Assembly: GCA_964016885.1 (NCBI GenBank)
Contig: OZ024740.1
Location: forward strand, 278,504,001 to 278,568,000
Direction: 5' to 3'
DNA length: 64,000 nt
Origin: Eledone cirrhosa
Lineage: Eukaryota
A model generated the notes under the pieces. That model searched no databases, was not told where the DNA came from, and saw only the letters and a list, made by a program, of their open reading frames with translations. The position numbers and the translations under genes were made by a program. Shown here one piece after another: positions 27,563-39,752 of the stretch. How positions within the stretch are numbered: the stretch's first letter is position 1; each line of letters starts with the position of its first letter.

Positions 27563-28494
27563 TCTATATATATAAAACTGTGGTTGTCTGTCTGTCTATC
27601 GATTTTTGGCACACATCTCCTCTTAGAATCTCTGACGGAATTGCACCGAAATTGCTATACTTGTACATTGAGCCCTAGCGAAGACATCGGAAAAAAAATA
27701 TTTCAAATTGACCCACCCTATGTGACGAAATCGAATATAATGTATCGATTTTTGAGCGTAAGTTATCAGTTATTTCCCTTTGTTCTGTTTACATTGAGCG
27801 TCTTACGTAAAAAATTACGCTGGCTTTCTCAGCGTTTAAAATGACATTAACACAATACACGAACAGTTGTCGAGCCAGCAAAATATTGACCTGCAAAATT
27901 CATCAGTTCGAACACTAAACTTCCGTTTTGCTTCATTTCCATTTAAAAGCATTTTAAAACAATATTTTTACTTGAAAACAAGTCTATTTAAAGACTACGT
28001 AAAACAAGCAAATATTTCGTCGTTAGGCGTGCAGACAGACAGTCGTGCAGAGAGGTGATATACGCGTGCAGACAGACAGTCGTGCAGAGAGGTGATATAG
28101 GCGTGCAGACAGACAGTCGTGCAGAGAGGTGATATAGGCGTGCAGACAGACAGTCGTGCAGAGAGGTGATATAGGCGTGCAGACAGACATAACTGATAAT
28201 TTGGTTACGCTAATGTTTTTCTCTGCGTTGCAGTGTTTACATTTTCGATCTTTGTTAATAAATAACCAGTGCAGTTTCTATCCCCAGCATCCTCTTTTGT
28301 TATAACATTCGGGTTATCGTTATGTTTTCTTAACTTCATAAGGCATATTGTTGGTTGAGGGAATATTAATCAAAAACACCACATGCAAGTCTGCACAGTA
28401 GACACTACAGTTTTTAAGCCAAGAAAGAAACTTAACATTGTAACTTTAACACAGCTACTGAGCGACCCCGAGCAACGCCGGGCTTTACTGCTAG
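27563..28494 (+). mobile_element. Non-autonomous Helitron
   Basis: 5' TC, (CTGT)n near the 5' end, 3' hairpin cccgagcaacgccggg followed by CTAG; inserted between A and T. Confidence 0.85.
28025..28189. repeat. 37-bp minisatellite, about 4.4 copies, inside the Helitron
   Basis: Unit aggcgtgcagacagacagtcgtgcagagaggtgatat. Confidence 0.9.
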
Positions 28495-29400
28495 TATATA
28501 ATAAAATGAATATATAATCCATCCGTACACATTCCTGTGAGATGTACACATATATATATATATATACACATAAACATACATATACATACATATAGAGACC
28601 CACATATACATACATATGCACACACACATATATATACATACGCACCCACATACACACACATACTCATACACAGCTATACATATATATATAAATATACATA
28701 TGTATACATACACACAGCCACATTGTACATACATGTACATGCATGCACACACACACGTATAAGCTCATGCATATACATACACATGCACACATACACAACC
28801 CCATACACACACACGTATATATATATATATCTACATACACACACACATGCATATACGTACGCACAGTTCTACACATAAAAACACACATATATAAACACAA
28901 TAAGATAATAAAATAAATTAAATAAATTTACAATATTTTAGAATATATTAAATCTGTATGTAACTTCACAAAGAAATAAATTAAAAGGGGGGGGGGGGTA
29001 CAGGAGAAGGTGCGTGTATCCATGTGATATACTACACACAGGTAGTATGAGGTGCAAACCCAGGTCCGTATATGGAACAAGTAACAATAACAAAACAATA
29101 ACAACAGTAATAATAATTGTTCCAAAGTGGAACATGTGGAGAGTATATATTCACGATTTACGGGGTACACATTCAAGGGGACGCTTGCCCCGGTCACCAT
29201 GGGGTAAGCCACCGTGGTTGGGGTGTGCTGTTCTAAATTGTTGGGGTATTTGACTGGACGACCGTGGACTCCGTGTTAGCCGGTCCCAGCATAGGCGATG
29301 TACCTGCCCAATGTTGCGTGCTCGGTCAGCTGTGCACCCTGGTTTACTTATGTTTGCCACACGGGTCGCACAATGTCATCAGGGCATGGTGTCAGGTCCC

Positions 29401-30070
29401 TTAATCCCGTTGGGCCGCTCGGGGGGTCTGTGCGTACCCGGTCCCATGCCCCACATCTGTGCCATCCGGAGGATTCCATGCAGCAAATGTGCATCTTCTC
29501 TGGTGTCTGCAGGTCATGATAATTTCAGACTTCAGGTTGACCGCGTCAGCTTTCAGTCTGACTATCTCCATGGCCTCGTGTAGGCATAATCGGCACTTTC
29601 TACTTCCAGCCAAATATGCCCTCGCATAGCGAACGATACTCCATTCCAGGGTGTACGGAGTGCCTTGGTCTTTCAGGTCTCACACCAGGTCTGCTAACCT
29701 AGTGGAGTGCCTTTTGCTACGGTCCCTGAAGGAATTCGTGTGATTATACATCCGCGATTTAAAGGTCGTGGATGTTACGCCGATGTATATTCGATGCGTA
29801 TTTTGGGTGGTAACCACACACTTGTATATCAGGTCCTTCGTCAGGCATTTTCCCAACAGGGGGCACTGGGTGCCCGCTCTGCAGTTACAAGTTCTGTTGT
29901 CGGTTCTTTCGCATCTGATGTCTGGGCTTCGATCTGTTATGGCCCTCTCAGTGTTCACAGGGTGTTGTTCCGCCGACACTGTGGTCTCCCCTATGCCACT
30001 CGTTCCCTCTCGACGTTGTCCACATCACCTTCCGCGAGCGTTCCGGCAACCTCGGGGGCCAGGTTGTCAT
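29401..30070 (-). pseudogene. PLE GIY-YIG endonuclease fragment with an in-frame TGA
   Basis: [23 protein letters not shown], stop at 29680-29682, then CRLC and CRH. Confidence 0.85.
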
Positions 30071-30071
30071 T

Positions 30072-30202
<131 letters not shown>

Positions 30203-30510
30203 GTTATATATATATATATATATATATGTATATGTACATATATATATATATATGCATATATATATACATATATATATATATGTATATCTATATATATGTA
30301 TATATGTATATGTATATCTATATATATGTATATATGTATATGTATATCTATATATATGTATATATGTATTTGTATATATATGTATATATGTATATATGTA
30401 TATATATATATGTATATGTATATATGTATATATATATATATATATATGTATATGTATATATCTATATATATATATATGTATATATCTATATATATATATA
30501 TATATATATA

Positions 30511-30596
<86 letters not shown>

Positions 30597-30715
30597 ATAT
30601 ATACTATATATATATACATATAGCTACATATACATATATACATATATGCATATATATACAATACATATATACATATATATAGATATACATATATATATGT
30701 GTGTGTATATGTATA

Positions 30716-30802
<87 letters not shown>

Positions 30803-30822
30803 CATGTATATATATATATATA

Positions 30823-30872
<50 letters not shown>

Positions 30873-30958
30873 TATACATATACATGTTATATGTTATACA
30901 TATATATGTTATGGAATACTGTTAGCTTCTCGCTACAACAATTTCTATACTTTTCATT

Positions 30959-31007
<49 letters not shown>

Positions 31008-31080
31008 CACACACACACACATATATATATATAGAGAGAGAGAGAGATATAGATATATATTGAAGGTCACTTTAACCCGT

Positions 31081-31664
31081 CTATTTTAGCAACATGCTAA
31101 AATAGAACATAAGGGGAAATTAGAGAACATAGAAATAAAAATAGAATCTACACACAGAAAAGACGCAATGTTTAGACAAATCACAGAGGCAATAAACATA
31201 AAAGAATTACAACCAAAATTAAATAGAAATATGAGTGGAACAGCAACATCACAACTTACAATTAAGGACAAAATGAAAACACACACGCACATAGAACAAA
31301 CAACCAACCGGTAACATGTAAATAAACAAATAAATAAACGAATATAAACACACACAGACACCCGGATGTGGCGCATGCGCAGACTGAGCACACAACACAC
31401 ACACATAAACAAAATGGCGTAGGACAGAACAAAGGAGAAGCACAAAAACAAAGAAAAGAATCCCCAGTCACTGAAGAGGTCACAGAATGTGTGACGAAAG
31501 AACTTTGACAATATATAAACAACTATCTGGTTGTGGAACCAACCAACCAACCAGAAATTTATAAATTCCTAAATTTATAAATTTATTATAATAAATTGAA
31601 GTGAAAGCAACTGGTGTGCGTGTGTTTCATATTGGCAACATGACCCTCCCAAAGTATAACAATA
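31081..31664 (+). mobile_element. 3' end of a Neptune-like PLE with short 5' inversion and HHR
   Basis: 31093-31240 reads HAKIEHKG..RQITEAINIK..LNR (GIY-YIG C-terminus); inversion ctattttagca/tgctaaaatag. Confidence 0.7.
31467..31509 (+). ncRNA. Minimal type I hammerhead ribozyme
   Basis: gtca-CTGAAGA-g-gtcaca-gaatg-tgtgac-GAAA-gaac-TT-tgac. Confidence 0.7.
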
Positions 31665-32192
31665 TATATATATATGTGTCTATATGTATATATATATATA
31701 TATATTATATATATGTGTGTGTAAGTATAAATGGAATAGAATGAAACGAAATTTCATTTCTCACTCTTAGTATGGTACTTACTTAAATGTAAGTATCTAT
31801 GTATACGTACATACATATATGTATACAGACGTACAGTAGTATGTATACATATATGTATGTACGTATACATACATACTTATATGTAAGTATCATCATCATC
31901 ATCATCATCATCACCGTTTTACGTCCGTTCTTCCACGCTAGCATGGGTTAGACGGGTTGTCCTGTTGTGGGCAGTGTCTGGTCGGCTGACCATGCCTTGC
32001 TCATACAGGAACTGATCTGGCTTGATTTCTACAGCTGGATGCCCTTCCTAACACCAACCTCATTTACAGTGAGTGCTGGGTGCTTTTTCGTGGCGCCTAC
32101 ACGTCCACTTTACAGTGTGGGCTGGGTGCTTTTTTGCCGTGGCACCTCCACGACCACCTTGCGGTGGGGGGGGGGCATATTGTTTGTATGCT

Positions 32193-33025
32193 TCAGCATG
32201 TACCCATGGGAGGTCGGGTACCCTGTATTACTGCGTGACGCCAGAAGTCACGGTCGTCTGTCATTGACTTTGAGAGGTGTAGTTGGGTAAGGTCGGCTTT
32301 TATCACCTCATCCCAAGTCATCTTGGGTCTCCCCACTCCGCGGTTTCCATCAACTTCTAGTGCTCTGCACCTTTTTATGCAGCTGTCATCCTTCATACGC
32401 ATCACATGTCCATACCAGCGTAACCGCCTCTCCTGCACGCAGCATTTGATTCCTCTTATGCTCAGTCTCTCTCTCATTTCCTTTATGCTTTGTCGTTCAC
32501 GTATATTACTGTTACACATCCATCGGAGCATGCAGGCTTCGTTTCTCTCTAATCTACGTAAGTCTTCCACCTTCAGCGCCCAGGTCTCACTACCATGCAA
32601 CATCGCTGTTCGGATACACGCATCATACAGTCTGCCTTTCATTCTGAGGGAGAAGCCTTTTGCAGCTAGCAGTGGTAGTAGTTCCCTAAACTTCTTCCAT
32701 CCCGTTCTTACCCTAGTTATTGTACTTTCTGAGCACCCACCTCCGTTGCTAATTCGGTCACCTAGGTAGCAGAAGCTGTCTACTGTATCTACAGGGCCCT
32801 CCCAGAGATTGGTGGTACTTGTTTCCTGTGGCTGTTTGCTTGCTGTTTCAGCACAGCTGCTGCATGTGAATCCTACATTCTTAATTAAGCTTCCTGAGAT
32901 CCCGCTACATCTCTTGTGTACCCATTGTTTGCATTTGGGCAGAGAATGGAGTTCCTACCTACACCTTTCCTACATACTGAGCAAGGCCATTTCCTGAGGG
33001 GATCTGGGTTCTGTTTTCTCGTCTA
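32193..33025 (-). pseudogene. RTE ORF C-terminal part (Cys-rich finger plus thumb), out of frame
   Basis: WPCSVCRKGVGRNSILC..WVHKRCSG near 32900-32990; ORF 32193-32642 with HGSETW and RLRWYGHV. Confidence 0.85.
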
Positions 33026-35209
33026 CTTATAAGGACCCTTAGTCTTTGTCATGTTGACTTTGAGGCCCTTTCTCTCTAGTCCCTGCTTCCAGGTTTGGAA
33101 TTTATTCTCTAGTTCTACCATAGATTCAGCTATGAGTGCGAGGTCATCAGCATGCAGGAGTTCCCATGGGCATCCGGTCTTAAACTCCTCCGTTATTGCC
33201 TGCAGGACTATGATGAACAGGAGAGGGCTAAGAACAGAGCCCTGGTGGACCCCAACCTGTACGCTAAATTCCTCGCTATACTCATTGCCAATCCTAACTT
33301 TGCTGACTGCTCCCCTATACATGGCTTGTACCGCTTTCACAAGCCATTCATCTACTCCTAGTTTTCTAAGAGCCCACCAGATTACTGCACGTGGAACTCT
33401 GTCAAAGGCTTTCTCAAGGTCGACAAATGCCAAGTAGAGTGGCTTACTTTTAGCTAGGTACTTTTCCTGTAATTGCCTCACAAGGAAGAGGGCATCAGTG
33501 GTGCCTTTCCCTGGTACAAACCCAAATTGCATCTCGTCTATATTCACCCGGTCCCTAATCAGCTGTGCTATAACTCTTTCTGTTACTTTCATGACCTGGT
33601 CCATCAACTTTATACCTCTATAGTTTCCTCTATCTAGTGCATCGCCTTTACCTTTGTAGCAGTTGACAATGATGCTACTGCACCAATCTTTTGGTATGGC
33701 CCCCTCTAGTATTACCTGGTTAACGATACGTGTGGTTATAGTGTGACCTACAGACCCAGATGCCTTCAGCATCTCGGCAGCTATACCCGATGGACCGGTT
33801 GCCTTCCCTATCTTCATATCTCTGATTGCCTTACTTACTACGCTGCCGCTGACTTGTACTGCTGGTCCCTCTATAGGGTCTACGTGGGGTAGGGTCTCTT
33901 CTTCCCATGCATTCTCCTCATTTAGTGATCTATCATAATGACTCTTCCATGCATCTTTCTTCTCAGCACTTGTGAGGGCAAGCTCACCTTTATCATTCCG
34001 GATACACTTCTCTCCAATGACATCACAACTATCTCTGACACACTGCCTCGCAATCTTGAATACCTCCTGTTTCTGGTCCTCACGTTGTAAAACATGCTTG
34101 AATTTTCTATCCTCTGCTTCCCTCCTAGCTAAGTATACTTGTCGCCTAGCTTCCCTCTTGGTCTCTATGTAATGTACCCTGCTCCCCCCGTTCTTCCATT
34201 CTTTCCATGCCTGTCTCTTGGCCTTGACTGCTTCATCTACCTTATTGTTCCACCACCAAGTCACTCTCCTCCTGCTTGAGGTCTTACTCCAGCCACAAAC
34301 CTCATCCGTCGCCTCTAGTAAGTTATTTTTTAGGAACTCCCAGTTCTCTTCTACGTTAAATGTCTCTATCTGTTCTTCTTTACTGTCGTAGGCGTTGAGT
34401 AAAATATCTTTAAATCTGTTACTGGTTGAGGGGACTTTCAGCTTCCAGATCTTTCTTCTCCAGGTTGGCCTCTGTTTCAGGGCTCGTCTAGTTCTGACCG
34501 TGAGGTCGCTGACAACTAAGCTATGTTGGGATGTACATTCCTCACTAGGGAAGGCTTTTGTGTTTACGACCGTCCATCTGTCACGTCCTCTGATGAGGAT
34601 AAAATCTAACTGACTAGAGTGCTCCCCTGATCTATAGGTGATCAGGTGGTTGTCGGGTTTTTTAAAGTTTGTGTTACATATCGACATGTCATTGGCGTCG
34701 CAGAATTCTAGAAGTCTGAATCCTTCCTCATTCCTTGTGCCAACTCCATGGCCTCCATGTACTCTATTGAAGCCGTCGCAGTGTTTACCTACGTGTCCGT
34801 TAAAATCTCCTGCAATGATTAGGAAGTCCTTGTCGTCTGTTAGAGCTGTAGTGTGTATTAGGGACTCGTAAAACCTATCCTTAAGTTCGTCTGGCAGCCC
34901 CGATTGGGGTGCGTAAGCTGATATTATTGTGGTAATTGTCTTATTCAGGACTAGTCTGAGTTTAATGATTCTTGCATTTACCCTGTACACTGAGATTACT
35001 TTATCTACCTTATCTACCCACTTGTCAGCTAATAGTATACCTACACCACCCATCCCATCGTCATTTCCCACCCAGAAAAATTTGTAGCACTGGCTTTTTC
35101 CTACAAGGACTCTAGCAGACCCTCCTCTCCATCTAGTCTCTTGCACACAGCATACATCAACTTCCTTTCGCTCTAGCATTTCTACGATTTCTCCTGCTCT
35201 TCCTTTCAT
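33023..35209 (-). CDS. RTE APE endonuclease plus reverse transcriptase (frameshifted at the C-terminus; YADD changed to HADD)
   Basis: CVQETRW, GDFNGH, LDFIL, NYRGI, FVDLEKAFD, GVHQGSVLSPLLF, LLHADD. Confidence 0.92.
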   Translation of the reverse strand: MKGRAGEIVEMLERKEVDVCCVQETRWRGGSARVLVGKSQCYKFFWVGNDDGMGGVGILLADKWVDKVDKVISVYRVNARIIKLRLVLNKTITTIISAYAPQSGLPDELKDRFYESLIHTTALTDDKDFLIIAGDFNGHVGKHCDGFNRVHGGHGVGTRNEEGFRLLEFCDANDMSICNTNFKKPDNHLITYRSGEHSSQLDFILIRGRDRWTVVNTKAFPSEECTSQHSLVVSDLTVRTRRALKQRPTWRRKIWKLKVPSTSNRFKDILLNAYDSKEEQIETFNVEENWEFLKNNLLEATDEVCGWSKTSSRRRVTWWWNNKVDEAVKAKRQAWKEWKNGGSRVHYIETKREARRQVYLARREAEDRKFKHVLQREDQKQEVFKIARQCVRDSCDVIGEKCIRNDKGELALTSAEKKDAWKSHYDRSLNEENAWEEETLPHVDPIEGPAVQVSGSVVSKAIRDMKIGKATGPSGIAAEMLKASGSVGHTITTRIVNQVILEGAIPKDWCSSIIVNCYKGKGDALDRGNYRGIKLMDQVMKVTERVIAQLIRDRVNIDEMQFGFVPGKGTTDALFLVRQLQEKYLAKSKPLYLAFVDLEKAFDRVPRAVIWWALRKLGVDEWLVKAVQAMYRGAVSKVRIGNEYSEEFSVQVGVHQGSVLSPLLFIIVLQAITEEFKTGCPWELLHADDLALIAESMVELENKFQTWKQGLERKGLKVNMTKTKGPYK

Positions 35210-35260
35210 TGAGCCTACATTGATGGTACCCTACATTGATGGTACATATATATATATATA

Positions 35261-35589
35261 TAACGAAGGAAGTGTGGTAAGGAACCAGATGGACCATAAC
35301 GCACCAGAGTACTCAATACTTAGGGTAGAAGAGTGGGTAATAAGAAAAGGTTTAACCCCGACGTATATATGTATAGAGAGAGAGGGAGAGGAAAAAGCTT
35401 AACCCCGACGACAGAGCTCAAGCCGTTTCGACGGCTATTTCAGACGGCTAGTCCAGAAATAGCCGTCGAAATGGCTTGAACTCTGCCGTCAGGGTTAAGC
35501 CTTTTCTTATTACCCACTCTTGTACCCTAAGTATTGAGTACTCTGGTGCGTTATGGTCCATCTGGTTCCTTACCACACTTCCTTCGTTA
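35261..35589. repeat. (TA)n-anchored foldback element; family also at 47362-47573 and 52451-52610
   Basis: taacgaaggaagtgtggtaaggaacc.. is present in inverted orientation at both ends; internal hairpin 35398-35498. Confidence 0.8.
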
Positions 35590-35605
35590 TATATATATAT
35601 ATATA

Positions 35606-36015
35606 CTAGCAGAGGTACCCGGCGTTGCTCGGTTATTAAATAGCAGTTATGTATACCATTTATGTCAATACTTCAGTGCTGCTTCGAAAACTATACTTTT
35701 ACAAAATAATCAGCTTTTTCCCACAGGGGGTTCCTGCCCCCAGGGGGTCATTCATCTGTAGAACAAACGTAGCCCATGTGTCAAGTTTTGTGAAAATCGG
35801 TTGCGAACTCCAGAAGTTATGACGTTTTGTTGCATTGCACTGCAGTGCTTCAGTCGACTCCAAGGAACCGTTTGAACGGGGTTATGTGCTGGGAGGCCCT
35901 ATAATCAATATCTGGAAAAATGAAAGTGCCCATGACCATCCGGAGTACATAAGTAACCTATGTCTTAAGTTTGGTGAAAATACTGTAGAAATGCATAAGG
36001 CTTACACACAGACGC
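35606..36015 (-). mobile_element. Non-autonomous Helitron (3' end clear, 5' end approximate)
   Basis: a-CTAG-cagaggta-cccggcgttgctcgg, same terminus as 28465-28494. Confidence 0.6.
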
Positions 36016-36319
36016 ACGCACGTGCGTGTGTGCGTGCGTGCGTGTGTGTGTGTGTGTTTGTGTGTGTGTATGTATTTGTGTGTGCGTATGTATATGTATG
36101 TGTATGTCCGTCGGCGCATACGTATGTACTGGCCTAAATCTTCACTATTTACTTTTACTATTTTAATAACCTCTGTCATTTTCGTTTTCAATTTTATTTA
36201 CATCATTCTTAAACTCCGGGGCTGGAAATCATTCGGTTATTTTAAATAGAATATTAGTCTAACGACTCCATTTATACCATAAACTTGGTCTTGTCTTTGC
36301 ATGAAATTGTTCTTCTCGG

Positions 36320-36530
36320 TGCACATAACGACGTATTATCCTCGTTTTTTTCCGTTCATTGCCAGGGAACGTCTTCACGAACCAAAATATCGTGTCTTCC
36401 TGTTTTCCTTCAGTTGCAACGTTTCTGGAAATATTTACTTCTGCGTTGACAGATTAATTTTTTTAGTTTCAGAAGATCCCGTTAATGTTAAAAGCAGCGA
36501 TTCTTTGCTTAAACTTTAATCTCTTCTTAT

Positions 36531-36608
<78 letters not shown>

Positions 36609-36806
36609 TAACAGATTAAAGTTTAAGCAAAGAATCGCTGCTATCACCCTTAAAGGGATCTTCTGAAACTAAAAAAGTCAATCTGTGAACGCAGAAGTAA
36701 ATATTTCAAAAAACGTTGCAACCGAGGGAAGACAGGAAGACGATACTTTGGTTCGTGGAAACGTTCCCTAGCAAAGAACGGGAAAAAACGAAGATAATAC
36801 GTCATT
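36320..36806. repeat. Two diverged inverted copies of a 200-bp repeat flanking (TA)n; third copy at 63648-63851
   Basis: Core agattaaagtttaagcaaagaatcgctgct..ataatacgtca. Confidence 0.8.
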
Positions 36807-36938
36807 ATTTGGTGCAGTGAAAACAATTACAATTATTTGCTCTACGGTTCTTATATATTTGATATATATTTAACCTTATCGAGCCCTCTTTGGATTTTAG
36901 TCTTCAAATTTATTATTATTACTATATATATATATAGG

Positions 36939-37092
<154 letters not shown>

Positions 37093-39429
37093 TGCTTTGT
37101 ACGGCTTTTGGAGAAAGGAGTGACCAGCAGTGCGTTGTTAGGTATTATTACGAAAAGGTGTAGCAGATAACCCCGCGTGAACTAACAGCTCGGGAGGAAA
37201 CTGCTTATCTCGAACATTCATTCGCCATCGTTCTTGTCAACGCTCCGTTTTTTGGTATTTGTTGGTCTACAGTTAGATGAATGGTGCACAAAGGGTTAAT
37301 GTTTATTTGCAAGAATTTTTTTGAATAATAAAAGACGGGTTAAAGCAACCTACAATGTATCTGTATATATATATATATAAAATTTCAGGTTATCAATAAT
37401 GTAGTGATAATATATCGTTACGTTAGAGATGAACAGCGTACGTGCAGGTTTGCTCAACGAGTATAAATTATATTCCGGAGAAATGTAGAAAGGATGAATA
37501 TAAAATGAAAGTGCTTTTGTTAAAAAAGGAATTTATTAGGTATTGACATATGTTTCTGTAACAGACCGAATACCTATGTATCGCTGCTTGCGTAATCATA
37601 TAATGTTAGCAAGTATTCGATAGCAAATGTATAATCAGTTGTCACTTCTTCAGAGATTTTGGATAAACTGGATAAAATCAGAAAAATTGAAGTATTTATA
37701 TTAGTAAAAGAGGAAGGAACAGAGGGGATAGAATATGACAGATGGTAAAATAATTTACTGCTAAACAAGTATATAATGGGTTTTTAATGAGAATACCATG
37801 AGTAAATCTAAATAAGAATTTTGGGGGTGCCGATTTTAATCTCTACTTGACCAACTGGACAGTGGACAGGGCTGGTCATTTGGTGCAGTAGTATTAATCA
37901 TAAAGTGTCAATTGGGGAAGGGGGAGATTTCGATTGCTACTAAATAACATCAATGCTAGTGGTCAGCTGGTATTTGCACTAGGGAATTGAATAAAAAAAT
38001 CAGAAATCTCATTTTATCTATAGCAGTTTGTATTAAAAGGTAAATAATAGAAGAGTTGATAGAATTAAGACTAATAAAGAATGTTCATATCTATTTTGAC
38101 AATCAAACGGGGATAGAGACAGGCGTTCAATCCTGGTAGTATTTATAATATGAAAATGTAGATTTTAAGCGATGGTTACAGTATAACGATCGCTCTATTC
38201 TGTTATTTAATAAAATGTTTTTGGATTTCATAATACAAAATAATTCTACATTACATAATCTACAAAATTCCTGTCCATTGGAATATGGGGGGCAGTCGCT
38301 ATTATATCCCATTTTAGGTGAAATTGTTGGTTATTTTCACGCAGCTGCCAAGCCTTGTCTGCGAGTGTTGTTACATAACGCTGGTTTTCATGTTTTATCG
38401 AATAACACATAACAATACACGTAAAACATTAGCTATAACATCACAAAACAACAAACAACATCCTGTCCTACATAAGCAACCTCATCAACCCATCCATGGC
38501 AATACAACAACGCAAAATTGTAATTGCAACTGTCTCCAACCAGGAATGTGTCCGTTGAACAACCAGTGTCTTGAACGCAACATCGTATACAAATGTACTA
38601 TCGAATCGGATAGACAGAAGTGGTACTATGTGGGATCTACAGCCACCTCCTTTAAATCACGCCTTTATAGACATCGTTATTCGATAAAACATGAAAACCA
38701 GCGTTATGTAACAACACTCGCAGACAAGGCTTGGCAGCTGCGTGAAAATAACCAACAATTTCACCTAAAATGGGATATAATAGCGACTGCCCCCCCATAA
38801 TCCAATGGACAGGAATTTTGTAGATTATGTAATGTAGAATTATTTTGTATTATGAAATCCAAAAACATTTTATTAAATAACAGAATAGAGCGATCGTTAT
38901 ACTGTAACCATCGCTTAAAATCTACATTTTCATATTATAAATACTACCAGGATTGAACGCCTGTCTCTATCCCCGTTTGATTGTCAAAATAGATATGAAC
39001 ATTCTTTATTAGTCTTAATTCTATCAACTCTTCTATTATTTACCTTTTAATACAAACTGCTATAGATAAAATGAGATTTCTGATTTTTTTATTCAATTCC
39101 CTAGTGCAAATACCAGCTGACCACTAGCATTGATGTTATTTAGTAGCAATCGAAATCTCCCCCTTCCCCAATTGACACTTTATGATTAATACTACTGCAC
39201 CAAATGACCAGCCCTGTCCACTGTCCAGTTGGTCAAGTAGAGATTAAAATCGGCACCCCCAAAATTCTTATTTAGATTTACTCATGGTATTCTCATTAAA
39301 AACCCATTATATACTTGTTTAGCAGTAAATTATTTTACCATCTGTCATATTCTATCCCCTCTGTTCCTTCCTCTTTTACTAATATAAATACTTCAATTTT
39401 TCTGATTTTATCCAGTTTATCCAAAATCT

Positions 39430-39546
39430 CTGAAGAAGTGACAACTGATTATACATTTGCTATCGAATACTTGCTAACATTATATGATTACGCAAGCAGC
39501 GATACATAGGTATTCGGTCTGTTACAGAAACATATGTCAATACCTA
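39430..39546 (+). ncRNA. Atypical hammerhead motif (copies at 42545-42661 on + and 37537-37653 on -)
   Basis: CTGAAGA-a-gtgaca..tgttac-a-GAAA-catatg-TC-aataccta; canonical stem I is only 1 bp. Confidence 0.6.
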
Positions 39547-39752
39547 ATAAATTCCTTTTTTAACAAAAGCACTTTCATTTTATATTCATCCTTTCTACAT
39601 TTCTCCGGAATATAATTTATACTCGTTGAGCAAACCTGCACGTACGCTGTTCATCTCTAACGTAACGATATATTATCACTACATTATTGATAACCTGAAA
39701 TTTTATTAATCTCCTATACAGTTGAGCAACTAATTCAGCATACGCTTCTAAA

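Larger units (their letters stand above)
31889..35222 (-). mobile_element. RTE-clade LINE, slightly 5'-truncated, with (GAT)n tail
   Basis: APE plus RT ORF, C-terminal RRLRWYGHV motif, (CAT)n at 31889-31912. Confidence 0.93.

Noticed and set aside
28025-28189. CRISPR-like array of 37-bp repeats
   Set aside because: The repeats are head-to-tail with no spacers, inside a Helitron in eukaryotic DNA.
29680-29682. In-frame TGA in a Naiad-type endonuclease as possible selenocysteine
   Set aside because: It aligns with a conserved Trp (LIWSLK, KAWQLR) rather than Cys, so a TGG-to-TGA mutation is simpler; no SECIS was identified.
39315-39509. 64-aa ORF present three times
   Set aside because: It lies in the pLTR, starts at TTG and recurs only because the pLTR is triplicated.
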